Source of the DNA: Nostoc sp. PCC 7120 = FACHB-418
GTDB taxonomy: Bacteria > Cyanobacteriota > Cyanobacteriia > Cyanobacteriales > Nostocaceae
Length of the DNA stretch: 32,000 nt
Assembly (NCBI RefSeq): GCF_000009705.1
Contig: NC_003272.1
Coordinates: 540,001 to 572,000 of the forward strand
Direction of reading: 5' to 3'
The translations under genes were made by a program, and so were the position numbers. The notes below the pieces were generated by a model, which made no database searches, had not been told where the DNA came from, and saw only the letters and a list, made by a program, of their open reading frames with translations. Below, one piece after another: positions 9,101 to 17,577 of this stretch (position 1 is its first letter; every line of letters begins with the position of its first letter).

Positions 9101-11614
9101 GGGTGTACCCGTTTGAGGTAATTGTACAGCGATCGCACCACTCGCAGTTAATCCCGGAGTTGTGGCACGTTGTACTATAATCTGCTTGCCATTCCATTGA
9201 AATTGGGCGGTAATTGGTTGCGCTAACTGTGCCAACCCTTGAGAAGCGTTGATTTGTCCTGCGGCGCGAATATCTGCTAGTTGGAAAGATGCTGTCGTCC
9301 CTGCCAATTGAATGTTACTGCTGAGTCGTCCTTGCAGTTGGGGAGAAAAGCGGTTGAGTTGAATTTGGTCAGCATTAGCCACGGCTTGCCAGCGACCATC
9401 ATTTAAACTGACATTCCTCAGGTTAACTGCACCCCCAGCCACCTTCAAATTTGCTTGACCGTTAGCTTGGATAGTTGAGGGTTGGAAAGAAGCCGTGCTA
9501 CCTGACAAATTAAATACCGCATTGCTTAACACTCCCTGAAACTGGGGCGGTATCTGCTCAAATCGGTCGAGTTGAATTTGGGAAACATTCGCCACCGCTT
9601 GCCAACGCCCAGCATTGAGGTTGACATTCCTCAGGTTGACTGTACCACCTGCCACATTTAGGTTTGCTCGTCCTGTAGCTTGGATGGTTGAGGGTTGGAA
9701 AGAAGCCGTGCTACCTGACAAATTAAATACCGCATTGCTTAACACTCCCTGAAACTGGGTTGGTATCTGCTCAAATCGGTCGAGTTGAATTTGGGAAACA
9801 TTCGCCACCGCTTGCCAGCGTTGTTGAGCAACCCGACCTGTAGCCCTAATTGTACCGCCTGCCACATTCAAAACAGCACTGGGTAAAAGCAGATTATTTC
9901 CTTGTTGAGCAACAACAATTTCTCCTGTAGTGGGATAGGTAGCCGTTGGTGCTTGCACTTGTGTCACCGCCCGCAAATTGCCCAGAGTGCCAGAAACTCT
10001 AGCATTTGCCGATACATTACCAACTTTGACGGCTGCGTTTGTCTTCGTCAGTTCATCCCCCGGTAAATTTTGGGCTTGAATATTCAACGAAACGTTACCT
10101 TGGGGCGCAAGTTGGACTTGACCACTCCCGACAATTTGCCCCCCGGCTGGTGGTTGTACTTGAACACTAGAAATATTCAGTGCTAAAGGCTGTTGTCCCA
10201 AAGAACCAGTGATTTTTGCCCTAGCGGAGATATTTCCCACCTGAATAGGTGGAGTTATGCCATAACTACGTGACAGTATATCCCCTGAAATACCATCAGC
10301 CTGAATATCAAAATTTACATTGCCGCCCAGTTGACCTTGACCACTTCCTGTAATTTGACCACCTGCGGCGGGAATTAATATTAAATTAGGTACAGCAATT
10401 TGAGTTGCAGTTTCAGATACACTCAAGCGGAAATTAGTTTTTACGCCTGTAAATAGAACGCGGTCAACTTGAATCGGTTTGATACTGCTGGCTGTACCAC
10501 TCAGAATAGGTTGCTCTAATGCACCTTGGACTTTAATATCTGCTGTTACTTCCCCTGCTGCGGGGATTGGGGAATTTACCTTGAGGGTGTCTAAGAGTTG
10601 TTTGACACTAACCGACTTTACTTGAGCCGCCAGATTAAAACCTGTTTGAGTATTAACTGTGCCATTTGCGAACAAGGGAACTTGACCAAAGTTTGTCCTC
10701 AAATTCTCTAAAGCAATAGTCTGTCCTTGAAATATTAATCTGCCATTGGCTTTAGAAAAAGGTTGCGGAAGATTTTGAACTTTAGCTGTAACTTGATTGG
10801 CGGTGGCCGTTCCCGTAATCGATATTTCTGATTGATTGGCGGGAATCTGGGCTGCTAAGTCCGCGTCAATCCGCCCAGATTGAAAGACAATTGGCAACTG
10901 AACTAAACGACTGACATCTGATGCTAGTAAGCTTTGCGCTACAACCTGAACATTAGTAAGTTGTGTTTTTGGTTGCGTTTCACCGGAGATTTGAACTGTT
11001 CCTCCCCTGGTGAGTTGACCATTAATTTGATAACCTATTCTCTCGTTATCAGGCGAAAATCGGGCAACACCACCGACCTGCGTTAGTACAACCGAGCCTT
11101 GCGGTTTAGTTGGTGCGGAGGCTGATAATAATTCAATATTTCCATCAACAATATTTAGGGTTTGCAACTGAGTCTGGATTGCTCCACTTCCTTCACCTGT
11201 CTTTACTTCAGCCATCACCCAACGACCATCTTGCTCCTGTTGAATATAGACATTTGGTTTAACTAAGGTGACATCTAATACTAGCGTCCGAGTGACAAGA
11301 ATTTGCCACGGGGAAAACTGCACATCTACAGCTTGTGCTGTTACTGTATCAGGATCGGTAGGGGTTGCTGGTATTGATAGAGAGCTAAATCTGAGGCTGG
11401 AGAGGGTAAAACCTTCGACTTGCCCTAATTTTATAGAACGTCCGAGCAATTGCTCTAAATTTGTCTCAACTAAAGGTGCTAAATCGTTATATATGTAATT
11501 TCTCGCCCACCAAGCACCAGTAGCGATTCCTCCTAGCGCCATGACTCCTAATACCAGACTGGCTCGTCTGGCAAGAATTAGAGATAAACGGCGGTGATTT
11601 GGAGAGCGCGTCAT
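6125..11614 (-). CDS. tamB: TamB-like translocation and assembly module protein (AsmA-like/DUF490 C-terminus), inner-membrane anchored and periplasm spanning
   Basis: 1829-aa ORF with one N-terminal TM helix (LVLGVMALGGIATGAWW). The body is very long, beta-rich and G/N/Q/T/V-rich. The C-terminal region ..RLTGGRISLFTTEFTLARGY..FTPNQGLDPILDVRL.. ending in LFEYETRF is typical of the TamB C-terminal domain. Confidence 0.8.
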   Translation of the reverse strand: MTRSPNHRRLSLILARRASLVLGVMALGGIATGAWWARNYIYNDLAPLVETNLEQLLGRSIKLGQVEGFTLSSLRFSSLSIPATPTDPDTVTAQAVDVQFSPWQILVTRTLVLDVTLVKPNVYIQQEQDGRWVMAEVKTGEGSGAIQTQLQTLNIVDGNIELLSASAPTKPQGSVVLTQVGGVARFSPDNERIGYQINGQLTRGGTVQISGETQPKTQLTNVQVVAQSLLASDVSRLVQLPIVFQSGRIDADLAAQIPANQSEISITGTATANQVTAKVQNLPQPFSKANGRLIFQGQTIALENLRTNFGQVPLFANGTVNTQTGFNLAAQVKSVSVKQLLDTLKVNSPIPAAGEVTADIKVQGALEQPILSGTASSIKPIQVDRVLFTGVKTNFRLSVSETATQIAVPNLILIPAAGGQITGSGQGQLGGNVNFDIQADGISGDILSRSYGITPPIQVGNISARAKITGSLGQQPLALNISSVQVQPPAGGQIVGSGQVQLAPQGNVSLNIQAQNLPGDELTKTNAAVKVGNVSANARVSGTLGNLRAVTQVQAPTATYPTTGEIVVAQQGNNLLLPSAVLNVAGGTIRATGRVAQQRWQAVANVSQIQLDRFEQIPTQFQGVLSNAVFNLSGSTASFQPSTIQATGRANLNVAGGTVNLRNVNLNAGRWQAVANVSQIQLDRFEQIPPQFQGVLSNAVFNLSGSTASFQPSTIQANGQANLKVAGGAVNLRNVSLNDGRWQAVANADQIQLNRFSPQLQGRLSSNIQLAGTTASFQLADIRAAGQINASQGLAQLAQPITAQFQWNGKQIIVQRATTPGLTASGAIAVQLPQTGTPQIAGLNLNVRAQNFDLSKTGFQTPGDVAIAGLLDFNGQVTGTLNTPAARGNIRLRNFNVGSLAFDPVLTGNVNFQGGQGASLRLAGTQDKIALNLDANYRPSSFLVQRAGAVTTGRTEGDNLIINAQQFPIALVSGFLPNNQFRPLGGELSGNLVVNLNTYAVAGDVAIANPRIARASADEFRGNINYADGTASLANGLLRLGDSNIAVSGSLQAGNDPSFQLQANLNQTRVENLLQAFSIFDFGDFGGGLESPTLAGAEALNTTPVRLPNADLQTQLEYFAKIQASIRQQQQADRQQTPALPSLSELTGALSGAITASGSLRTGLNVGFDFQGADWRWGDYSINEVVANGNFADGVVTLSPLRIGINQGLVAFAGQLGTEELSGQLRVDSLPLSLFDPFITRYPIDITGQVNAIANLAGSLQQPRVTGEVALANATFNQQPIQTGQLNFDYNNARVNFDSTLLLTGTQPIAIAGSIPAELPFVAEPPDNNHISVNASVNNEGLALLNVLTNNQVTWVDGQGQVNLNIQGTFEQPIINGNATITNATIGAQALANPLTNVTGTLQFNGDTLNVQGIQATYNQGLVSASGNLPIFATGETVTNPLTVAIQNQLNFQVAGLYTGDVSGNAVIRGTALRPRIGGEITLSNGQVTIGNTTANSKQTTTTETNTRATTIELNSNIPEATVTQQPPTRPNLPVEFADLRLNLGDDVRVTSQSLLGFLPGGEVFSQPILSFDAEGDLIINGTLASPLPEGVIRLTGGRISLFTTEFTLARGYEQTARFTPNQGLDPILDVRLVAIVPEASTRSDRILESPFSAEISDVSANNFGTLRTVRVQARATGPASELTNNLELTSEPRRSRGEIISLLGGSILSDFAQGDATQGLTNFASSTILGGLQGTITAIGQAIGFSEFRIFPTPTTNQESRRASVLDLSAEGVFNLNPNLSVSLSRAFSTTEPLRYNLLYRLSDEILVRGSTNLGNESQFLFEYETRF
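9250..9820 (-). repeat. Internal tandem duplication in tamB: two 213-nt (71-aa) units plus a degenerate third
   Basis: The units start at 9820 and 9607, an exact 213-nt offset. Both encode RWQAVANVSQIQLDRFEQIP(T/P)QFQGVLSNAVFNLSGSTASFQPSTIQA... The cores at 9469-9608 and 9682-9821 are nearly identical at nucleotide level. A third diverged unit starts at 9394 (RWQAVANADQIQLNRFSPQLQGRLSS..). Confidence 0.85.
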
Positions 11615-11767
11615 TTCCGTTACTAAATATTGTTATTGAGTAACAAATGATTTATTACCCCACAATAAAATAGTGGTTTTACGCTTTGGGAACAACTCTT
11701 GAAAGATAGAGTTAGTATTTCCCTCTAATGAGGATTGACAATTGGTTATTAGTCAACACTTACAACT

Positions 11768-12307
11768 TTAATTAGAAACTCTGGCGCAAGATGCCCCAGC
11801 ACCTCCTGGATCAGCGAAAACAGCCAGGGTGTGATATTCTGGCGGGGTATCTTTATAAAGAACTTTAAAAGTATAAAGTTTGCTTTGACCTTGAGCTTCA
11901 GTAATTACTGTTAAAAGTGTATTGTCGGTACTCCGCACACCCGGAAGATTGAGTTTAGGAATCCGTCGCAGTTGAATAACATTAGCGGCTGAGTTTTGAC
12001 AATTAGCACCGCTTTCTGGGCCAAACTGCATACACATGGGGCCGTCAAAGTCTAGTGTTACCTGAGAAGGATCATTTAACCAAACTTTGCGAATTTTTTC
12101 GCCTGCGGGAATAAAGCTTAGGTTTGTCCCTTGTTCGTACCAGACTTTGATAGTCGGGACTAATCCACCTAAACCTTGTGCTTGGCAGGAAAAAATAGAA
12201 CGCAGAACAGAATTTTCAGCTACAGCACGACTTCCCAGTAAAACGATCGCACCAGAAAAAATCCAAGTAGCTAAAGACAAAGGAGAAAAATTATTTTTAG
12301 CCTTCAT
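11768..12307 (-). CDS. VirB9/TrbG-like periplasmic component (N-terminal-domain-like only), T4SS-like operon gene 9
   Basis: 179 aa with a signal peptide. The segment EKIRKVWLNDPSQVTLDFDG...NVIQLRRIPKL...TLLTVITEAQGQSKLYTFKVLY follows the VirB9 N-domain pattern (I..V..GD...W.V....l.iKP....TNl.V.T..R.Y.F.L). Its start lies 19 nt after the VirB10-like stop. Confidence 0.45.
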   Translation of the reverse strand: MKAKNNFSPLSLATWIFSGAIVLLGSRAVAENSVLRSIFSCQAQGLGGLVPTIKVWYEQGTNLSFIPAGEKIRKVWLNDPSQVTLDFDGPMCMQFGPESGANCQNSAANVIQLRRIPKLNLPGVRSTDNTLLTVITEAQGQSKLYTFKVLYKDTPPEYHTLAVFADPGGAGASCARVSN

Positions 12308-12326
12308 GAAACGAATGAAAAATTAC

Positions 12327-13847
12327 TTAAAGTTGTATTGGTTGATTGACATATATTTCTACTTCGGTTCCAGCGCCAAGAAGCCAAACATTCGTTTGCT
12401 GCATCATTTGGGCGATCGCCTGTTGATTACGCTGGGAAATTTGCGGGACGACGGAGTTTAAACCACCTTCCACAATCCCGGCCGCTAAGTTGCGTTGGGG
12501 GTTACTGCTGCTAATTGTGGTTCCAGCACTAGTAGAAGTTGTTACTTGGGATTCTGTGCGGTTAAATAACTCTGCGGCTTTAGCCACACCACCTAAAATA
12601 AACAAACCTGCATCCATGCCGGCAATAGATGAACCGCGATCAGGATATTGGCGTGCTAATAAAGGAGAACCTTGAGACCCCCGAATTGCCAGCGCATTGT
12701 TGGGTATATCTCTTTCCGAGAGTTCGCCATTATTCTCCACAATCATTTTGGCGATGTTGAGTTGCATCACCCCTTGTTCGGAAACCGATCGCACTTCAGT
12801 TAATAACTCCGTATTGGCAGGTAAGGCGATCGTTCCATCCACGCCTTTGAGGGGTTCTCTTAAGCGAACAACAAACAAATTTTTATTTTCGTTGTTGTCG
12901 TCATTGTTACCTCTCCCTCTGGTTGTTTCTCCAAAGACAGCTGTTGCCAACACAGCTTTTGCACTAGTTCCCACCTTCAATGATTGTGGGCTGCGGGATT
13001 GCCTTTGACTGATCAGCGAACTTGATGGTTGTGGCGGTTGTTCTCCATTAGAATTCGCGGTCGGCCGTGGGACATTAAGTGGCGGCGGACTAGAGACAGT
13101 CATACTTGGTTGATCTACAGCACTTGCTTGACCATAACTACCTAACTTAGCCATCCTCGACCATTCTTCCCAAGGATTGGGAGGGGTGGGTACAGAATTT
13201 GGCTGTGCTAAAGGTGGTGGCGGTAGTTGGGGAATTGTAGAACTGGCTACTGGCATCGGTGCAGGTGGATAGGGATTTTGAGCAGGACGCTCAATAATCA
13301 CAGTGCGGGGTGCTGATGTAGAGGTTGTTGGCGGTGCTACTCGTGTCACAGGAGCGTTAGTTGGGGGAACGGAAACCCTGGCAGCATTTCTGAGATTTTG
13401 CTGTGCGACTTTTACCGCCTGGGTTTGTTCAGCCAGTGCTAATTTAGTTTTTAAAGTTTCTACTTCTTGTTCCAGGTTTGGCTTTGGGTTGAAGTTGGTA
13501 GCTGCGGCTTCAGGCTGAGATACAGCTGCTGGATTCTGTGTTGGCTTTTGATTGTTAGCACTCATCAGCTGGGATAAAAACCCACCAGCTATGACAACTA
13601 AGACTAAAGTACCCGTACCCACCAAGGCTAATTTAGCAAAGGGGTTAGATGCGAGGGGTTGCTCTGTTTGTACCTCTTGTGGTAGCGCTGGGGATGGCTG
13701 GTTTGGTGCTGTATCTGCCACCTCTTGGGTGGGTTCTGCTGCCAATCCCACTAATCTAGCCATGTGGGATTCCCAATCAAAGGCATCTACTTCGGGGTGG
13801 GTTAGGGGTTTTGGTTGAGTTTCGGGAGTGGTGGAGTAAGGAGTCAT
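12327..13847 (-). CDS. VirB10/TrbI-like envelope-spanning component
   Basis: 506 aa with the canonical VirB10 layout. It has a cytoplasmic N-terminus, one TM helix (LALVGTGTLVLVVIAGGFL), a long Pro-rich linker (PPTNAPVTRVAPPTTS...PQLPPPPLAQPNSVPTPPNP) and a C-terminal beta domain. That domain reads GTSAKAVLATAV...ALPANTELLTEV...NVWLLGAGTEVEIYVNQPIQL, which parallels the TrbI/VirB10 motifs. Confidence 0.75.
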   Translation of the reverse strand: MTPYSTTPETQPKPLTHPEVDAFDWESHMARLVGLAAEPTQEVADTAPNQPSPALPQEVQTEQPLASNPFAKLALVGTGTLVLVVIAGGFLSQLMSANNQKPTQNPAAVSQPEAAATNFNPKPNLEQEVETLKTKLALAEQTQAVKVAQQNLRNAARVSVPPTNAPVTRVAPPTTSTSAPRTVIIERPAQNPYPPAPMPVASSTIPQLPPPPLAQPNSVPTPPNPWEEWSRMAKLGSYGQASAVDQPSMTVSSPPPLNVPRPTANSNGEQPPQPSSSLISQRQSRSPQSLKVGTSAKAVLATAVFGETTRGRGNNDDNNENKNLFVVRLREPLKGVDGTIALPANTELLTEVRSVSEQGVMQLNIAKMIVENNGELSERDIPNNALAIRGSQGSPLLARQYPDRGSSIAGMDAGLFILGGVAKAAELFNRTESQVTTSTSAGTTISSSNPQRNLAAGIVEGGLNSVVPQISQRNQQAIAQMMQQTNVWLLGAGTEVEIYVNQPIQL

Positions 13848-13872
13848 GGTGTATTAATTGGGGAGTGGGGAT

Positions 13873-14565
13873 TTAGTTAGCAGTTCCAGCGCAATTTGTA
13901 TCTTCGATATTGCAGATATTGTAGATTTCTAAGCGAGATTCCCCTAAGCGGAAAGCGGCTAAATGCCAAGGCTGGGGTTGAGATGGTAGAGAAATAGACG
14001 GTTCATCTATAGATCGAACTACAATTTGTTTATTAAAAGGAATTGACTTACCTAAATTGTCAGAACCATTAAAAATTAATTGATTGGCAAACATTTCTAC
14101 TTTCCATTGACCCTCGCTCACTAGTTTTGGTTGCGAGATTTTCTGGATTACCAATACATGATCATCACCTCTATTAGTATTACCAAATTGGCTCGGAGAA
14201 TTTAACTGATTAATTTCTGATAAAAATCTTGCTTGTAAATTATTAACTAATAACTGTGAACTAGCTTCCCAGATAGCTGCTGGTGGTTGTTTGCGTGACC
14301 AAGTAAGCATGAGGCTCATAGTTTCACCCACAAAGCGGCGGACTGTTTCTGGATGTCGCTCTGAACTTGGTTTGGGGTCTGCTGTAATGGCATTTCCATC
14401 AATAAGTTGTACCAAGCTTTGGGGTGTTAATTGACGATTTAATTGCTGTAACATCGACCCGTGGAACATCAGCAACAGTAAAGTAAACAGGTTTAACCCA
14501 AATGTCCCCACAGCGAACAGGGGTAAAATACTAGTTTTTTTATTTTCTGGTTTAAGTAGCTGCAT
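13873..14565 (-). CDS. VirB8/TrbF-like bitopic membrane protein, paralog B
   Basis: 230 aa with a short N-terminus, a single TM helix (ILPLFAVGTFGLNLFTLLLLMF) and a periplasmic domain of about 190 aa. It shares ETVRRFVGETMSLMLTWS, PFNKQIVVRSID and LEIYNICNIE with the upstream paralog. The VirB8 assignment rests on topology and operon position only. Confidence 0.45.
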   Translation of the reverse strand: MQLLKPENKKTSILPLFAVGTFGLNLFTLLLLMFHGSMLQQLNRQLTPQSLVQLIDGNAITADPKPSSERHPETVRRFVGETMSLMLTWSRKQPPAAIWEASSQLLVNNLQARFLSEINQLNSPSQFGNTNRGDDHVLVIQKISQPKLVSEGQWKVEMFANQLIFNGSDNLGKSIPFNKQIVVRSIDEPSISLPSQPQPWHLAAFRLGESRLEIYNICNIEDTNCAGTAN

Positions 14566-14578
14566 AAAGTTGGGGACT

Positions 14579-14663
14579 AATCAATTCAAAATTCGTCTTG
14601 AAAAGTTTCCTACGGCGGGAAACCCGCCTACAGAACTTTTCGCAAAATTCAAAATTCAAAATT
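14579..14663. repeat. Dispersed-repeat element inside the T4SS-like operon spacer
   Basis: The 16-mer aatcaattcaaaattc (14579-14594) recurs exactly at 28567-28582. It is followed by an interrupted hairpin gaaaagtt..ggcggg aaa cccgcc..aacttttc (14600-14641) and then caaaatt x3 (14643-14663). Confidence 0.55.
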
Positions 14664-14733
14664 ATAGTGACTTTGAGATGGTGAGGAAAAAATCAATAGC
14701 CTCTAGCCTATGTCCTACGTACCTCTGGGTAAA

Positions 14734-15555
14734 TTATCTAATAAAGCTGCCAGCTTCGCAGGGATAGGCTGCGCTTGGATTTGTGTTTTTATAGTCATCT
14801 AATAAACATAAATTGCGGATTTCATAAATTTCTAATTTGTCAGTGCGACTACTATAAATTGCTTTTTGTAGGTCGGTGCTATTTTCGGCTAAGGGATAAG
14901 GAAAATAGTCTACTGCACGTACTAATAAATCTTTATTGAAAGGAGTAATTGTTTTTCTGTTATCGCTACCTTTGGTTTGAATCAGGTCAGCTACCATCCC
15001 CACCCGCCAGGTTCCGGGTGCGATCGCCACTGGGGGGTAAACTCGTTTAATGGTTAATTGTGCTGACATAGCTTGAGTAGGATTGCTGGCAAAAACTTCT
15101 GGTGGAGTCATATCAGCGATCGCACTTAAGAAACCTTTGCGAAAATCCTCTGATAAGGCGAAACTCGCTACCCAACTACTAGTGCTGACTCGCTGGCTAC
15201 CTCCTTGCGCCGTTCTAATCAATATTCCTGGGTCTGGTTGGGGTTTGGCGATGTCTTCCGCGTTTTGTGGTGGTAGAGTTCCCGACCAATTAAACATGGA
15301 TATCATCGTTTTACTAACAAATTGGCGAATCACAAAGGGATCTCTGGCTAAATCGTCCGTAACGCCTGCTGGCTTACCATCAATTGTCTGCACAAAATTG
15401 GGGGGTTTGCGGATACTCAATTGGCGAATATTTAAGCCTTGGATGAGAAATATAACTAATACTAATAAGTGCAAACTAAAGGTGGCGATCGCAAATGTCG
15501 TCAGAATACTAACTGTTTGTTTTTTCTGTTGCAAAAAATTGACCATTTTCCCCAC
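14734..15555 (-). CDS. VirB8/TrbF-like bitopic membrane protein, paralog A
   Basis: 273 aa starting at the GTG at 15555, with an alternative ATG at 15546. It has a single TM helix (ILTTFAIATFSLHLLVLVIFLI). It shares FVIRQFVSKTMISMFNWSG, PFNKDLLVRAVD and LEIYEIRNLC with paralog B. Confidence 0.45.
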   Translation of the reverse strand: MGKMVNFLQQKKQTVSILTTFAIATFSLHLLVLVIFLIQGLNIRQLSIRKPPNFVQTIDGKPAGVTDDLARDPFVIRQFVSKTMISMFNWSGTLPPQNAEDIAKPQPDPGILIRTAQGGSQRVSTSSWVASFALSEDFRKGFLSAIADMTPPEVFASNPTQAMSAQLTIKRVYPPVAIAPGTWRVGMVADLIQTKGSDNRKTITPFNKDLLVRAVDYFPYPLAENSTDLQKAIYSSRTDKLEIYEIRNLCLLDDYKNTNPSAAYPCEAGSFIR

Positions 15556-15634
15556 CCAATTTATATAAAAATTCTATTTAATGTTAGAAGCTTAAACCCT
15601 ACTATTCCCAATTACCCATTACCCATTACCAATT

Positions 15635-16687
15635 CTAGATTCTGTCTCTAACGATAGTTGCTGCATTACTAATACCATTAAATACTGCTACAGCCCCCAA
15701 CCCTGCCAAAACTAAAGATAATAGTGGTGCTAAAACTCCTAAGAAAATCATAAACCACATCAAATCTGGATTAGCATTCGGGTCTTGTGCGGGGCCGTTG
15801 ACAATTACAGAGGCGGTGATAATAGCAATAATATTGAAGGAAAGTTTGGCAATTCCTGCTGATAAAAACCCAGTTAACCATAGAAAAATCGGTTTACCAG
15901 CTACAGGAAGTAAGGAACTACCTACCGCTAGCGGCCCTAAGACTGCTATGAGTAACATAGTTGCTTCTATGAGATTTTGAAAAGCATATTGCAAGGAAAC
16001 CAGAAAGTTTTTAATACTAGTTTGGACTGTATTGCCTATCAAAGCACTAAAGTTAGTTTCCGATATATTGCCTGTACCAAATCTGATTTGGTTAACTTGA
16101 GTTTCTAGCCTAACTATCCAAGGTTTATTCCCATATAAATTTCTATATTCTCTCCAGAGATTATCTATTTTTTCACTAGCTTTAGTAAAGCATTGAGTTT
16201 GTTGTTCACCAGTTAAAGATTGACAAGGACGAAGTAGTGAACCAGCTACTTCTTCAGCAATACTCATGTTTAATGCTTGCTGATAAACTAGGTCAGCATC
16301 TGCGGTGGTAACCACTTGCTGATTGACAGTATTGATAAAATTTCTGACACCTAATGTCAAAGTAGAAAGAAGACTACCATTACCTGAATTGCTTAACAGC
16401 ACAACTACAATAAAAGGCCAAACAAGAGCCGATATTGGACGGGAGTATTCGCTGTGAATCATATCATTAAACCACTGGAGGACAAAGAATAATAAGGTTC
16501 CGACAGCAAAGAATATTCCTAGTTTTGTTAAGGCTCCATATAAGTTATCATTGGTATTATTTTGTAATAAATCTAGCCATTGATTGTCCCAACCTTCTGT
16601 GATACTACGAGCCGTTGCCATACCGCTATTCAAGGTATCAGTAACGCCAATATCAGCTAGGAGCGTGTAAATCGGGAGTTTAATCAT
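15635..16687 (-). CDS. VirB6/TrbL-like polytopic inner-membrane protein
   Basis: 350 aa with several TM helices and a large hydrophilic loop between hydrophobic blocks (VVTTADADLVYQQ...ISETNFSA). It sits immediately after the VirB5/TrbJ-like gene, as in trbJ-trbL arrangements. Confidence 0.5.
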   Translation of the reverse strand: MIKLPIYTLLADIGVTDTLNSGMATARSITEGWDNQWLDLLQNNTNDNLYGALTKLGIFFAVGTLLFFVLQWFNDMIHSEYSRPISALVWPFIVVVLLSNSGNGSLLSTLTLGVRNFINTVNQQVVTTADADLVYQQALNMSIAEEVAGSLLRPCQSLTGEQQTQCFTKASEKIDNLWREYRNLYGNKPWIVRLETQVNQIRFGTGNISETNFSALIGNTVQTSIKNFLVSLQYAFQNLIEATMLLIAVLGPLAVGSSLLPVAGKPIFLWLTGFLSAGIAKLSFNIIAIITASVIVNGPAQDPNANPDLMWFMIFLGVLAPLLSLVLAGLGAVAVFNGISNAATIVRDRI

Positions 16688-16763
16688 AATATTTATACAA
16701 CTATATTCTCTATGTCTTTATGGCAGAAAATAATGACAAGAGAAAAATAGATAAAGTAGTAGT

Positions 16764-17561
16764 TTAATTTTCATTTTTTCGCCCAAATAAATCGATTTGA
16801 GCGGTAGTTCTCAACAGCCTCGCTGCTTCTGTGGATGTGTCTACTCGCCGCGCCCGATTTGCTTCTTCCATCTGCTGAGAAATATTTGCCAGATTTAAAT
16901 TAGAGTATTGTAAAGACTGATTTGCTAACACAGTTTGATATAAGTTTTCACTGATAATTTTTGATTGTTCAGTTTGAATTTTAATACTTTGCACTTGTAA
17001 GTCAGCTTGACTTTGAGCCGCATTCAGTGCTGGATTTGCAGCAGCCTCAGCAGTCTTAACGGCTGCCTGGAGAATGCTAGCTAAACCTGATTGGATTTGA
17101 TCAGTTAAAGCAGAATATTCCTCAATTTTGGTGATACTTGTTTCTGTATCTTCCAATTTTGCTTTCATTCTTCTTTGTCCATTTTTACCCAGTGTTCCTT
17201 CTACCGAACTCCGGGTGAGGTAACGATTAATTTCATTTGTCACTGAGTTGGAACGTATCGCTTGATTATTTTCAAATTTGTCAGGTCGAGAATTAAAAAA
17301 GATGATGTCTTTGCGAACCTGCTCACCAGCTGCAATAGGATTGGGTATATTCAAATCACCTGTTGCACCATTGAGAGCATTTTGACTGCTAGTTTCTAGA
17401 GGTTTTAAAGTTTCACTCAAGTTATATTTCAAATAGTTTTGCAAATCTGTGGAGTAGAATTGAAATTCAGTCCAAACTCTTCCTAGTTGTGCTGTAGCTG
17501 GCGCTATCAACAATCCCAGTAATCCCAATGTGAATAAAATAGTTTTTTTCATTGCCATCAC
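16764..17561 (-). CDS. VirB5/TrbJ-like secreted helical protein
   Basis: 265 aa. It has the signal peptide MMAMKKTILFTLGLLGLLIAPATAQ and a Q/N/A-rich, probably coiled-coil body. Its start lies 16 nt after the VirB4 stop. The assignment rests on size, export signal and position. Confidence 0.4.
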   Translation of the reverse strand: MMAMKKTILFTLGLLGLLIAPATAQLGRVWTEFQFYSTDLQNYLKYNLSETLKPLETSSQNALNGATGDLNIPNPIAAGEQVRKDIIFFNSRPDKFENNQAIRSNSVTNEINRYLTRSSVEGTLGKNGQRRMKAKLEDTETSITKIEEYSALTDQIQSGLASILQAAVKTAEAAANPALNAAQSQADLQVQSIKIQTEQSKIISENLYQTVLANQSLQYSNLNLANISQQMEEANRARRVDTSTEAARLLRTTAQIDLFGRKNEN

Positions 17562-17577
17562 CGTTCGTATTTTTTGA

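Noticed and set aside
11268-13818. A series of plus-strand ORFs (76-124 aa) opposite tamB and the VirB9-like and VirB10-like genes
   Set aside because: They are antisense to long ORFs with recognisable architecture, and several simply mirror the Pro-rich linker codons.
15083-15568. A 161-aa plus-strand ORF
   Set aside because: It is antisense to VirB8-like paralog A, whose sequence is corroborated by its similarity to paralog B.
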